Positions 16,795 to 27,627 of a stretch of 64,000 nt of DNA are shown piece after piece. Source of the stretch: an uncultured Gammaproteobacteria bacterium (GTDB lineage: Bacteria > Patescibacteriota > Patescibacteriia > Magasanikbacterales > UBA922). The stretch's first letter is position 1. Every line of letters starts with the position of its first letter. Below the pieces are notes generated by a model that searched no databases, had not been told where the DNA came from, and saw only the letters and a list, made by a program, of their open reading frames with translations. The position numbers and the translations under genes are program-made. The DNA lies in contig CAYSXR010000001.1 of assembly GCA_964435035.1 (NCBI GenBank), positions 144,192-208,191 on the forward strand, read 5' to 3'.

Positions 16795-19470
16795 ATGAAA
16801 AAACAAGATTTTCATTCATTAAGTATCGCACATTCGCTCGATATTTTAAAGAGCAGTAAACAAGGCATCACTCATGAGGAGGCACGCCGACGACTGCAGG
16901 TCAACGGTAAAAATGAAATTCCCTCGGGAGATCGGGATGTTACTGGTTGGAAAATCTTTGGTGAGCAATTTGCAAGTCCACTTATTATTATTCTGATTGT
17001 TGCAACAGCAATCAGTTTTTTGCTCGGCGAATGGGTCGATGTAATGGTGATCGGTATAACTATCGGAGTAAATGTATTGGTTGGGTTTATTCAAGAATAT
17101 CAGGCAAATGCAGCACTTAAAAAACTGAAAAACATGGTGACGTATAATGCGACTGTAATTCGAAAAGGAGAATCAATGCGCATACCAAGTCGGGAAATAG
17201 TAGTAGGGGATATCATGATTATTCTTGCTGGGGACAAAATTCAAGCTGATGGTCGAGTAATTGAAGTGTCTGAATGCGAAGTAAATGAGTCTGTTCTCAC
17301 TGGTGAAGTAGAACCACAGAAAAAAATAAGCAATACGGTTCTCAAGAAACATATTCCCATAGCAGATCGAATGAATATGGTGTACCGTGGTACAGTCGTT
17401 ACTCGCGGGCGTGCACAGGTGGTAGTGACTGCAATTGGTGGGTCTACTGAAATTGGAAAAATCGCTGAGATGGTTGGAAGTATGGATGAGGAGTCTACTC
17501 CGTTGCAAAAACAAATTTCAAAATTAGGGAAAACATTAGGTGTATTGGTGGTAGTTATGTGCACAGGCATTCTCATGCTGGGATTTTTTTTACAATCTGA
17601 ACATAGTGAAAAAGGAATTGAATTATTTAAGACAGCGGTCGCAGTTGCAGTGGCTGCTATTCCTGAAGGATTGGCAATTTCAATGACTATTATTCTTGCA
17701 ATCGGAATGAAAAATATTCTCAAAAGAAAAGCGTTGGTCCGGAAATTACTTGCCGCAGAAACACTAGGTTCGGTTTCGGTGATTTGTACAGATAAAACAG
17801 GTACCTTGACTGAAGGAAATATGTCAGTCGTAAAAATAGTCACATCCCGTGCAGTATTTGGTGCATCAGATTTTATTGGTAAAGAGATAGGCGATGATTC
17901 TCTGGAACATGACGCGAGATATGCACTCAAGCTAGGAATACTCTGTAATGATGGGATGATTGAAAATTATACTAAGCCAGAAAGCGAATGGACAGTATCT
18001 GGAAATCTTACTGATTCCGCACTCATACGTTATGGTGCAAAAATAGGGTTATATAAGACTGAACTCGATCATGTATACGAACGCTTATCTGATATTCCGT
18101 TTGATAGTAAGAAGAAATACATGGGGGTATTAACTAATGAAAGCACTTCTCGGCTGGTGATTATGAAGGGTGCCCCTGAAAAAATGTATTCACGTGTGCG
18201 TTCGTATCAAGCTGAAGGAAAAGTATATGCGTGGGGTAAAAAAATTGAAGAGTATATTAAAGAAAAAGAAAGAGCACTTACAGGGGAAGGACTGCGAGTC
18301 ATCGGGGTGGCGTATAAAGAAACATATTCAGGAAAAAGAGTAGTAACTGAACATGATTTTTCTGACTTGGTATTTGTAGGATTGATTGCGTTTGCAGATC
18401 CACTACGGTCAGACGTACCGAAGACTGTTCAGGCTGCAAAGAAAGCTGGAATTCGGGTTATTATGATGACCGGAGATCATGCAGTGACTGCACATACGAT
18501 TGCGCAAAGTGCGGGAATAGGCGGACGTTTAGAGCGAGTTTGTGAGGGGGTTGAATTAGATCTATTATCTGATCGTGAATTGGAAGAAAAAATTAAAAAT
18601 ACTTCAGTATTTGCACGGGTTGAACCAAAACATAAAATGAGAGTAATCCAGACACTTCAATCAGAGGGGCATGTAGTCGCTATGACGGGGGACGGAGTAA
18701 ATGATGCTCCAGCACTTAAAGCTGCTGATATTGGGGTTGCAGTAGGGTCAGGAACTGATGTGGCAAAAGAAATTGCTGATGTAATTTTATTAGATAATTC
18801 ATTTACGACGATTGTGTCATCAGTCGAAGAAGGAAGGGGGATTTATCAGAACATTAAAAAAGTGGTGTTATATTTACTTTCCAGTAGTTTTTCCGAAGTA
18901 TTGTTGATTGCTTCAAGTATTATCGCGGGCATGCCACTACCAGTACTTCCAGTGCAGATTTTGTGGGTCAATTTGATCCAAGATACCTTTCCGGTAATTG
19001 CACTTGCCTTTGACCGTGGGAGTACACAGGTTATGGAAGAGCGTCCGCGCAAAAGAAATGCACCTATTATTGATCCTGAAATCAGGACCATTATTATTGC
19101 AAAAACAATTTTTGCGAATATTCTTTTATTTGGAATGTTTTTCTATTTTCATACCACAAGTGACGATATCGCACATACTCGCACCATCATGTTCCTCGCG
19201 TTTGCAGTGAATTCGCTGTTCTATATTTATGCAATTAGGGATTTAAGAAAACCAATGATTAAAATGCGATGGTTTGATAATCACTATCTCACGGCTGCGG
19301 TAATTTTTGGGTGGACGATGTTACTTCTTGCTACCTACGTCGCGCCATTCCAGAAAATTTTACACACGGTCCCACTGGGTGTGAATGAGTGGATCATATT
19401 GCTCGGATTCGGTGTAGCAAATTTGTTATTTATAGAAATACTCAAAGTAGTGATGAATAGAAAAAAGTAA
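16795..19470 (+). CDS. P-type cation-transporting ATPase (P2-type, Ca2+/Mg2+-like)
   Basis: DKTGTLT phosphorylation motif, TGDGVNDAPAL hinge motif, and about 10 TM helices in 891 aa. Confidence 0.9.
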   Translation: MKKQDFHSLSIAHSLDILKSSKQGITHEEARRRLQVNGKNEIPSGDRDVTGWKIFGEQFASPLIIILIVATAISFLLGEWVDVMVIGITIGVNVLVGFIQEYQANAALKKLKNMVTYNATVIRKGESMRIPSREIVVGDIMIILAGDKIQADGRVIEVSECEVNESVLTGEVEPQKKISNTVLKKHIPIADRMNMVYRGTVVTRGRAQVVVTAIGGSTEIGKIAEMVGSMDEESTPLQKQISKLGKTLGVLVVVMCTGILMLGFFLQSEHSEKGIELFKTAVAVAVAAIPEGLAISMTIILAIGMKNILKRKALVRKLLAAETLGSVSVICTDKTGTLTEGNMSVVKIVTSRAVFGASDFIGKEIGDDSLEHDARYALKLGILCNDGMIENYTKPESEWTVSGNLTDSALIRYGAKIGLYKTELDHVYERLSDIPFDSKKKYMGVLTNESTSRLVIMKGAPEKMYSRVRSYQAEGKVYAWGKKIEEYIKEKERALTGEGLRVIGVAYKETYSGKRVVTEHDFSDLVFVGLIAFADPLRSDVPKTVQAAKKAGIRVIMMTGDHAVTAHTIAQSAGIGGRLERVCEGVELDLLSDRELEEKIKNTSVFARVEPKHKMRVIQTLQSEGHVVAMTGDGVNDAPALKAADIGVAVGSGTDVAKEIADVILLDNSFTTIVSSVEEGRGIYQNIKKVVLYLLSSSFSEVLLIASSIIAGMPLPVLPVQILWVNLIQDTFPVIALAFDRGSTQVMEERPRKRNAPIIDPEIRTIIIAKTIFANILLFGMFFYFHTTSDDIAHTRTIMFLAFAVNSLFYIYAIRDLRKPMIKMRWFDNHYLTAAVIFGWTMLLLATYVAPFQKILHTVPLGVNEWIILLGFGVANLLFIEILKVVMNRKK

Positions 19471-19477
19471 TAATACA

Positions 19478-19549
19478 AAACACCACCTACATCCTCCCTT
19501 TGCTGCTTCAAAATATTTTGGAGCAATAAAGGGTATGCAGGTGGTGTTT
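19478..19549. other. 72-bp imperfect palindrome immediately after the ATPase stop (possible bidirectional terminator or structured element)
   Basis: aaacaccacctacatcc ... ggtatgcaggtggtgttt, with an inner near-palindrome cttcaaaatattttggag. Confidence 0.45.
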
Positions 19550-19582
19550 GAAAACATCCTCCTCATACCTTGTAAAGACTAG

Positions 19583-19783
19583 TCACTCTACGGACTCTCC
19601 TTCGGTAGTGGCTTTCTCCGACTCTGAGTCGGGGTTGGTATCCTGCGGGCGCGCACGAGCGATCGTATCACTCATGGGACGCCGGATACATTTTCCATTT
19701 TTATCGTAGATCCACACTTTGCCGACGCCATTCTCGATCTCAAGGCGCATTGTCTTGCCGTCGGGTCTAGGAAAAAGTCCCAT
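19583..19783 (-). CDS. Small hypothetical protein (66 aa) in a locally GC-elevated segment (about 52% by eye)
   Basis: Good RBS (GAGGTG, 5-nt spacer). Composition differs from the flanking DNA. Confidence 0.4.
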   Translation of the reverse strand: MGLFPRPDGKTMRLEIENGVGKVWIYDKNGKCIRRPMSDTIARARPQDTNPDSESEKATTEGESVE

Positions 19784-19914
19784 AGCTCACCTCGTTGTTG
19801 TGTCGTAGAAAGGACCTATCTCAGACAGTATACTAAAGTAAATAAACTGTAAATAGTATCGTATTGCCCCTTTTCTTCTTTCACGATACACTATGTTCAT
19901 CCTAATTTTTATAT

Positions 19915-21360
19915 ATGTCTAAAAGAATAAAACAAACAAAAATCGTTGCAACCATTGGTCCAGCATGTGAAAGTATCGAAATTCTTGAGCGCATGGTACA
20001 TGCAGGTATGAATGTTGCTCGATTGAATTTTTCCCACGGTACTCATGAAAATCATGCGATGCTTATCAAAAATATTCGTGAAGTGGAAAAGCGCACGGGA
20101 GAGCCAGTGGCAATTCTACAGGATTTGCAAGGGCCAAAATTACGACTAGGGGAATTGCCGCCTGAGGGTATTGAAATAGAAAAAGGCACAGAAATTGTGT
20201 TTGCATATAATCCCGAAACATCGGTGGAAATTCCAATTGGTTTTAAAGAATTGTGTGAATTTATGAAACCAGGAGAGCGTATTTTACTCGATGATGGGAA
20301 ATGCGAAGCACGTGTCTTCCGAATTGAAAAAGAAAAAATTATCACCACTGTAGTGGTGGGTGGAAAGCTCACGTCACACAAGGGAATCAATGTGCCTGAT
20401 ACTGATTTGAAAACACTTAAAGTGTTAACTGAAAAAGATAAAGAAGATTTGAAATTTGGTGTAGAACACGGAGTTGATTTGGTCGCATTGTCTTTTGTGA
20501 TGGACGCACAAGATATTCTTGACGTGAAGTTTTTTATTACTGAAATCGAGCAATCAACAAAAAAAGTGGGAAATAATCCAATTCGTATTATTGCAAAAAT
20601 AGAAAAACACGAAGCAGTACAGAAAATTGAAAAAATTATTGATGTTGCTGATGGAATCATGGTGGCACGTGGAGATTTGGGTATTGAAATACCTGCAGAG
20701 GAAGTGCCGCTTATTCAGAAAAGAATTATTGATTTGGCGCGTGAGGGAGCAAAGCCTGTGATTGTAGCAACTCAAATGCTTGATTCTATGCAACATAACC
20801 CTCGTCCGACGCGTGCAGAGGTGTCAGATGTGTCAAATGCGGTAATCGATCATACTGATGCAGTAATGCTTTCAAATGAGACGGCGACAGGAGAATATCC
20901 AGTTGAGACCATTGAAACTATGGCTTCAATCATCCGATCTGCAGAAGAATCAGATTATGATGATGTGAGTGTGGCTACAAGCTCTAGTTCAAAACGAAAA
21001 AATATTGATACGACGATTAGTGGATTATCAAAATTAGTTGCCGAAGAAGTGGGTGCAACATTGATTTTGGCAGCATCACTTTCCGGGGACACAGGTCGTC
21101 TGATCTCAAAATATCGTCCAGAGCTCCCCATTGCTGTTGCTGCAAGCTCGGATCGGGTACTTCGTCAGCTCAATCTTTCATGGGGCGTGAGACCATTTAT
21201 TCTCGAGGAATGCAAAACTATCGAAGAGCTGATTGAACGCTCAATTCTGATACTCAAAGATAGAAAAATGGTAGAAAAAGAAGATCGGATTATTATCGTT
21301 GCTGGGGAGCCAGTTGGGCAAGCAGGACATGTAAATTTACTGGAAGTTCGTGAGGTATAG
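19915..21360 (+). CDS. pyk: Pyruvate kinase
   Basis: TKIVATIGPA N-terminus, the MVARGDLGIEIP active-site motif, and the C-terminal allosteric domain. 481 aa. Confidence 0.9.
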   Translation: MSKRIKQTKIVATIGPACESIEILERMVHAGMNVARLNFSHGTHENHAMLIKNIREVEKRTGEPVAILQDLQGPKLRLGELPPEGIEIEKGTEIVFAYNPETSVEIPIGFKELCEFMKPGERILLDDGKCEARVFRIEKEKIITTVVVGGKLTSHKGINVPDTDLKTLKVLTEKDKEDLKFGVEHGVDLVALSFVMDAQDILDVKFFITEIEQSTKKVGNNPIRIIAKIEKHEAVQKIEKIIDVADGIMVARGDLGIEIPAEEVPLIQKRIIDLAREGAKPVIVATQMLDSMQHNPRPTRAEVSDVSNAVIDHTDAVMLSNETATGEYPVETIETMASIIRSAEESDYDDVSVATSSSSKRKNIDTTISGLSKLVAEEVGATLILAASLSGDTGRLISKYRPELPIAVAASSDRVLRQLNLSWGVRPFILEECKTIEELIERSILILKDRKMVEKEDRIIIVAGEPVGQAGHVNLLEVREV

Positions 21361-21377
21361 TTTTTATAAGAATATAA

Positions 21378-21406
21378 AAAGACCCTGTAAAAGGGGCTTT
21401 TTTTAT
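21378..21406 (+). terminator. Probable rho-independent terminator after pyk
   Basis: aaaagaccctgtaaaaggggcttttttta. Confidence 0.5.
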
Positions 21407-21472
21407 ACACAAAATTGTTTAAAAATAACTGAAAAAGAGGTATACTATATCTGTGTTTGAAAACTATGACAC

Positions 21473-24400
21473 ATGACTAGATTAACATTTTATCGAAGAC
21501 TTTCAATTGTCTCAGGTTTAGTATTGGTATTACTAAACCATTTTGCGTTTGGTTTTTTGGGATTTTTTATTCCAGTCGCAAAGGCCGATGCGATAACATG
21601 GGTAGGTCCATCAACGGGTTATTGGGATAATCCAACAAATTGGAGTAGTGGCACTATACCAACTGCTTCAGATGAGGTGATAATCTCAGGGGACGACATG
21701 TTTATATTAGCAACATCAACTATTAATTTTGCTTCGCTTACTCTTGCGGGTCCTGATGTGCGTTTCAGTCTGTTGGGGGGTATTGGAACTGGAGGTGACC
21801 TTACGATCTCTGAGAGTTTGTTTATACAATCCACGTCAACACGTCAGACGATCAGTGGGACTTTAACAATTAATGATGGGGTGATGCAGCATCTACAAAA
21901 CACTTCAACAACGTTATATAAGCTTGATTTTGTGGCGGAAAATATTGTTATCGAGCCGGGCGGACATGTACGAGTGGATAATGAGGGTTCACCGGGAGGT
22001 GAAATAGGAGAAGACGGGTATGGAAATGGAGGGGGTGATGGAGATTCAAATATAAGTGCTGGTGCAGGTGGAAGCAATGCTGGGACCGGAGGATCGAGTA
22101 GTTCAGGAAACTATGGAGGGTTTTCAACCTGTACTTTTTCTGATGTTGGACCATCCTATGGCGGAAGTGGGGGAGGCGGAAGTGCTACCTCTACTGGAGG
22201 GGATGGGGGAGGATTTGTGCGTCTTGAAGCAAATAATACATTTACGATAAATGGACGTATTACCGCAGACGCTGATCATACTTCGGGGCAGACTGCAGGC
22301 GAAGGTGCGGGGGGTGGATCTGGAGGAACTATTTATCTAGTCGCTGATACGATTAGCGGAGTTCCAGAAGCTCCAATTTCTGCTCGTGGGGGAAATAGTT
22401 TTGATGCAAATGGAGGAGCTGGAGGTGGTGGGTGTGTCCGCTTACAATATACCACAACAAGTACCATCGATGGTGCAAATATTATTGTTGATGGTGGAGT
22501 TGGTTTTGAAAACGGTGGTGCTGGAGTTGCACTGGTAGAAAAAGAAGATCAGTCAATTCGAAAAATGTATGTAACTGCAACAACAACACTTAATTATGGA
22601 GTTGGACAGCTTTATAGCACTGCTGGTACAAATTTTATTTCCTTATCCGGCGCTGAGGAACTCACGACCTTGTCAGTCTCAACTTCTTCTGTATATATCA
22701 TTGGAGATTTTTTAGGTGCAAGTGAACTCACACTTACGGGGGCTACTCCATTTCAAGGCAGTAGTCCATCAGGTACCGTACGAATTCAGGGTGACGTAAA
22801 ATTAAAGCTGTCTTCAGGGGCAAGTATTGAGGATGTAACTCTGGAACTGTATCACGAAGATGTGTCTCGGCGTGCGCGTCTCGTAGATCGTGCTACAGAC
22901 GAATCAGCTACTCTTGATATTGTAATTGGTGACCAAGGGACGCTTCTTTTAAATAATTTCAATTCCACAACTCCCTTGATGGTTGAGACATTTACTGTTG
23001 CAGCCGGTGGAGTCGTGACTCATGAACAAAATAGTATCTCACCGGAACAAAGAGAAATGGTGAATATACAGGCTGAAAATATTACCATTGAGAGTGGTGG
23101 ATCTATTAATGTAGCTGGAAAAGGATACAGTGGGGGTAGAGGTTTAGGAGGTAGTGGCGATGGGCTTGGTGGTGGAGCCTATACGTCGAATGTAGGTGTA
23201 GGTGCGGGACATGGTGGAGATGGTACAGCAAATAATCTTGATGGCTCGTCTGCTGGAGCTGGTGGCACATCATATTGTGATGTTTCTAATCCTTCTACTA
23301 TTGGTTCAGGGGGAAGCTCAGGGTTGTTTAGTGGGAGCTTAGGGCGTAGAGGTGGAAATGGTGGGGGGATGGTATGGCTCGTAGCGACAAATACAATTAC
23401 GCTTGCAGGAGATATTTTTGCAGATGGCGAAAATGGGTCGTTTGACTCGTATGCAGGTGAAGAAACTTTTGAATCTATTTCCGGTGCAGGTTCAGGGGGG
23501 AGTGTAAAATTATTTGCTCCCACTATTGGAGGAGCAGGAGAAATTTTTGTAAGAGGTGGAAATAATGGGGTTGATCCAAGTCCGGCTCCTTCAGAATATG
23601 GCGGAGGCGGAGGCGGATGTGTATTGATAAACTATACGTATGACAATTCAGTTGTCACATCAAGTATATATATTACTGGAGGTGGACTTGATGCTGGGGT
23701 CGCAGAAGATGGACAATTGAGTATTGTGGAAGAAAATGAAGTTCCTGAGTTGTTTTTGAATTTTCATAAACCGGAATTTGTAGCTCGAGTTACAAGTACT
23801 ATTATTGATGGAGCTGGTGACCTGGCAGTTTCGGGCGATTATGCATATGTGGGAGGATTGATGGGTTCGAGTTTTGCGATTATCAATATCTCTAGTACTA
23901 CCAATCCGGCCGTAGTAGGAACCATAGAAACTACATCTGATTTGGCAGGTATATATGGAGTCGAGGTTTCGGGTAATTATGCGTATGTTGTTAATAGTTT
24001 TGACAATAGTTTTCGAGTGATCGATATTTCTAGTAGTACCAACCCGACTATTGTTGCAGGGATAGAGTTCGATACACCGATTCCAGAATTAATGAGCATT
24101 GCAGTATTAGGGAATTATGCTTATGTGATAGTAGGAGAAGATGGATACAGTTCACTCCGTGTGATAAATATTTCAAATCCGCTTTCTCCAACAGTAGTCG
24201 GGAGTATCATTAATGATTCTGACTTAGATTTTCTGAGTGATATTGTAGTTTCTGGAAGTTATGCATATGTTTCAACATTAGCAGCACAGTTTTCAATTAT
24301 TAATATCTCAAATCCAAGTTCGCCTGCCGTGGTAGGAAGTGTGCATGATACAACAATCCTTGATAATTCATTTGGTGTCGCAGTATCAGGAAATTACGCG

Positions 24401-27400
24401 TATGTAACTTCAGATGATAATAGTTCTGTTGCAGTTATTGATATTTCTGATCCAGAGAATCCGGATATAGTGAAAGTGGTGACTGGTGGTGAGTCGATAG
24501 TTGATAGTCTTCGGATGATTGTGATTGAGGGAGATTATGCGTATGTGGGAATGATTAGCCCTAATCCAGGAATTGGGATAATTGATATTACAAATCCACT
24601 CACTGCTAATTTTGTAGGGTATATTTTAGATCCAGATTTACTCACTACGCCAGCTAGAATGCAGGTAGCAGAGGGGGTGGTGTATATGACAGATTTTTCT
24701 GAGGATTCATTGAATATATTTAATGTATCACTGCCTTATTCGGTAAATCCTATTGTTCCATTTGATATTTCAGATGGTGATCGAGAAACACTCTCGGTGA
24801 AGGCAGAGTTTGTTCCTGGATCATGCGCGTACAGTGGTACGACATATGCAACGTTTGTTACCTCGACCGCAACATCAACCTATGGGGTTGCAATAGATAA
24901 TTCTGCAGTTGATAATCGAAGAATTAAAGATATTATCATTGACCCAGTTTCTGATTTTCCAATTACACAAGTAACCACCACATGGCACACCTCAGTAGAT
25001 ATTCCCGGTGATGAAGGGGAATATTGTATGTTTATGACTCCTTATGACGGTGAAGATGAAGGAATACGTGTAGCGGGTACGCTATTTGTCGATGATCCAT
25101 TACTCGCCCCAAACGCCCCTTCTCTCTCTGCCACCAAAACTCAAACCTCGATTACGCTTTCTTGGCCTGTGGCAAATGGGGCTAATCATTATGTGATTGT
25201 ATCAAGTATTTCGGGTATTCCTACAGAAACAGATGAAACTTCGGTGACTTACGCGGGTTTGGTAGCAGGGAATGAATATACTTTTCAGGTTAAATCGGTG
25301 GATAATTATGGTAATGAAAGTGCGTATTCAGAAGTATTTCCTGTTACTACTGTTGCACTAGGATCCTCTCCTCAACCCAGTGCACCCCCTCCTCCGTCAG
25401 ACACCACTCCTTCATCAACGACGACTTCAACGGTCTCGAATCCTTCTAGTCTCATTGTTATTAATAGTGGAGCATACTATACCAAATCACGAGAAGTGAA
25501 CGTGTTATTTAATACTGATTTTACGTCGGCGTATATGCTCGCAGACACTTTTGATTTTTCAGGAAAGATATACAAACCAATCGTTTCCTCAACAACCTAC
25601 ATACTCACTCCAGGAGACGGGGAAAAAAGAATTTATGCTCGTTTTAGTAATAATTATGGTATTTATGATGCGTATGATGTGATTGTGCTTGATACCGTGC
25701 CACCGAGCCAACCTACTATTAATGCAATTAGTTCTCCTGATTTTGTTCTAAAAACTGAAGGAGTGTATGGGCGAAAGAATACGAGTAGTACTGTGCGCAT
25801 CAAACCAACACTTGGAGGTACTGCTGAGCCAGGAAAACGAATTATGATCACTGTCTCCTATGGAGGAACAAATATGGTGATGATGATGTTAGCTGCAGTA
25901 GAAACATACTACACCACTGCAGACAGTAATGGAAATTGGTCGTTTACGTTTCCGAACGAACTTCAAAATACGTATTATACTATTTCGGTACAAACACAAG
26001 ATGAAGCAGAAAATAACTCAAGTGCAGTAGAAATAGAGCTTGACTTACGTAGTCTGGAGACTCTTCCTTGTACTATAAATTGTGAACCATTAGACGAACC
26101 TCCTCTAGAGGAGCCCCCTGAAGATCTGCTGCCAGTCGAAGAGCCATTAGACGAACTTCCTCCTATTGAAACAGCTGAAGAGATTCCTTCCTGTACGATT
26201 GATTGTGGGGGAGAAGAATCTTCACCTGTAGATACGGGAGGAGAGAGTTCAGGTACTGAAGAAGAAAATACAACTGATGCTACGAGTGGAGGTGATACAG
26301 AGGGTAATGTAGACAATAGTTCAAATGAACCAATAGGCGAGCAAGTTATTTCGAGTATTACTGATTCAGTGTCTATTATTTCAGATACAATTGAAACTTT
26401 TTTTACTGAAGTTGGTAACTTATTACAAGAGATACCTATGGTGCGGGGGATAGTAGAAACTGCATCAGTTGCAGTTGAAAAAACGAGAGAAGTTATTGAT
26501 AATCCAACAATTGAAAAAAGTAATGAAGTAATTGCTGCCCCTATAATCGCTGTAGCTGCAGCAGCAAACGTCGCAGTTGGCGGGGCAGGTCTTCTATCAC
26601 AAGCCATGTTGTATCTTCGTCTTATTTTCTCTCAGCCACTACTTTTACTTAAATTGAGAAAGCGTAAAAGGTGGGGTGTGGTATTCAATGCATACACCAA
26701 ATTACCACTTGATTTAGCAACGGTTCGTCTAGTAAATGGAAAAAGTGATTCAATTATAAGAACACAAGTGACTGATGCAAAAGGTAGATATTTTATGGTT
26801 GCTGAAAATGGTGTATATCGACTTGAAGCAAAAAAGGATGGGTTTGGAACTAATGTTAACGTGACTACGGAGGATTCAGCGTTTCCAAATGTGTACCATG
26901 GAGAAGAGTTGGAATTAGCAGAGGAATCGAATAATCTTAATTACAATATCCCACTCGAACCTATCGTAGAAGAAAAATCAAATACGCACGTGCTCCGAGA
27001 ATATGCGAGGAAAGCTACTCATAAAACGGTTAGTTTGATCGGAGCGGTGGCAACCATTGTTTCGCTGATTATTTCTCCGAAGCCATGGATCACTGCATTG
27101 CTTGTATTCCATATTGTCCTGTATAGCCTCATGAGGCGCCTTGCTCATAAAAAGATCAAAGGAACCTTTGGTTTAGTTACTGATAAAAAAACAGGTAAAG
27201 AGATTGGTAAAGTGGTAATCCGTGTTTTTGATGCAGCGTACAATAAGCTAGTTGAAACCGGAGTTACAGATTCAAAAGGTAGGTATGCAATTCTGGTAGG
27301 TCCAAGTATCTACTATATTACTGCAGAAAAAGAAGGTTTTATTACCTATCAATCACCAACGATAGATTTTTCAAGTGAGAAGACGGATGGTCTCGGAGGT

Positions 27401-27466
27401 GTAATTTCTGAGTCATGTAGTTTAAAACCCATTGATTTTCATGAGAAAAATGGCGACACGCTTTGA
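21473..27466 (+). CDS. Giant cell-surface protein (1997 aa): signal peptide, Gly-rich region, LVIVD-repeat beta-propeller, fibronectin-III domain, acidic Pro/Glu linker, and a C-terminal TM plus two carboxypeptidase-regulatory-like (prealbumin-fold) domains
   Basis: Many GNYAYV...VIDIS...NP repeats (LVIVD type). An FN3-like block (SITLSWP...YTFQVKSVDNYGNES). The C-terminal about 380 aa are paralogous to the C-terminus of the next gene. Confidence 0.85.
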   Translation: MTRLTFYRRLSIVSGLVLVLLNHFAFGFLGFFIPVAKADAITWVGPSTGYWDNPTNWSSGTIPTASDEVIISGDDMFILATSTINFASLTLAGPDVRFSLLGGIGTGGDLTISESLFIQSTSTRQTISGTLTINDGVMQHLQNTSTTLYKLDFVAENIVIEPGGHVRVDNEGSPGGEIGEDGYGNGGGDGDSNISAGAGGSNAGTGGSSSSGNYGGFSTCTFSDVGPSYGGSGGGGSATSTGGDGGGFVRLEANNTFTINGRITADADHTSGQTAGEGAGGGSGGTIYLVADTISGVPEAPISARGGNSFDANGGAGGGGCVRLQYTTTSTIDGANIIVDGGVGFENGGAGVALVEKEDQSIRKMYVTATTTLNYGVGQLYSTAGTNFISLSGAEELTTLSVSTSSVYIIGDFLGASELTLTGATPFQGSSPSGTVRIQGDVKLKLSSGASIEDVTLELYHEDVSRRARLVDRATDESATLDIVIGDQGTLLLNNFNSTTPLMVETFTVAAGGVVTHEQNSISPEQREMVNIQAENITIESGGSINVAGKGYSGGRGLGGSGDGLGGGAYTSNVGVGAGHGGDGTANNLDGSSAGAGGTSYCDVSNPSTIGSGGSSGLFSGSLGRRGGNGGGMVWLVATNTITLAGDIFADGENGSFDSYAGEETFESISGAGSGGSVKLFAPTIGGAGEIFVRGGNNGVDPSPAPSEYGGGGGGCVLINYTYDNSVVTSSIYITGGGLDAGVAEDGQLSIVEENEVPELFLNFHKPEFVARVTSTIIDGAGDLAVSGDYAYVGGLMGSSFAIINISSTTNPAVVGTIETTSDLAGIYGVEVSGNYAYVVNSFDNSFRVIDISSSTNPTIVAGIEFDTPIPELMSIAVLGNYAYVIVGEDGYSSLRVINISNPLSPTVVGSIINDSDLDFLSDIVVSGSYAYVSTLAAQFSIINISNPSSPAVVGSVHDTTILDNSFGVAVSGNYAYVTSDDNSSVAVIDISDPENPDIVKVVTGGESIVDSLRMIVIEGDYAYVGMISPNPGIGIIDITNPLTANFVGYILDPDLLTTPARMQVAEGVVYMTDFSEDSLNIFNVSLPYSVNPIVPFDISDGDRETLSVKAEFVPGSCAYSGTTYATFVTSTATSTYGVAIDNSAVDNRRIKDIIIDPVSDFPITQVTTTWHTSVDIPGDEGEYCMFMTPYDGEDEGIRVAGTLFVDDPLLAPNAPSLSATKTQTSITLSWPVANGANHYVIVSSISGIPTETDETSVTYAGLVAGNEYTFQVKSVDNYGNESAYSEVFPVTTVALGSSPQPSAPPPPSDTTPSSTTTSTVSNPSSLIVINSGAYYTKSREVNVLFNTDFTSAYMLADTFDFSGKIYKPIVSSTTYILTPGDGEKRIYARFSNNYGIYDAYDVIVLDTVPPSQPTINAISSPDFVLKTEGVYGRKNTSSTVRIKPTLGGTAEPGKRIMITVSYGGTNMVMMMLAAVETYYTTADSNGNWSFTFPNELQNTYYTISVQTQDEAENNSSAVEIELDLRSLETLPCTINCEPLDEPPLEEPPEDLLPVEEPLDELPPIETAEEIPSCTIDCGGEESSPVDTGGESSGTEEENTTDATSGGDTEGNVDNSSNEPIGEQVISSITDSVSIISDTIETFFTEVGNLLQEIPMVRGIVETASVAVEKTREVIDNPTIEKSNEVIAAPIIAVAAAANVAVGGAGLLSQAMLYLRLIFSQPLLLLKLRKRKRWGVVFNAYTKLPLDLATVRLVNGKSDSIIRTQVTDAKGRYFMVAENGVYRLEAKKDGFGTNVNVTTEDSAFPNVYHGEELELAEESNNLNYNIPLEPIVEEKSNTHVLREYARKATHKTVSLIGAVATIVSLIISPKPWITALLVFHIVLYSLMRRLAHKKIKGTFGLVTDKKTGKEIGKVVIRVFDAAYNKLVETGVTDSKGRYAILVGPSIYYITAEKEGFITYQSPTIDFSSEKTDGLGGVISESCSLKPIDFHEKNGDTL

Positions 27467-27627
27467 ATATAATTACCGAAGAAGTAGAAAAGATTGTGTG
27501 ATGTAGTTAGTATGGTCTATTCACAAGAATATATGGGAAGTATTGATTAGTAGCTGGTGTGAATGTTTAAAAGTCGATTTATTAGTAGAATAAACGTATA
27601 CTTATTAGGGTAATCTATTATTACAAC

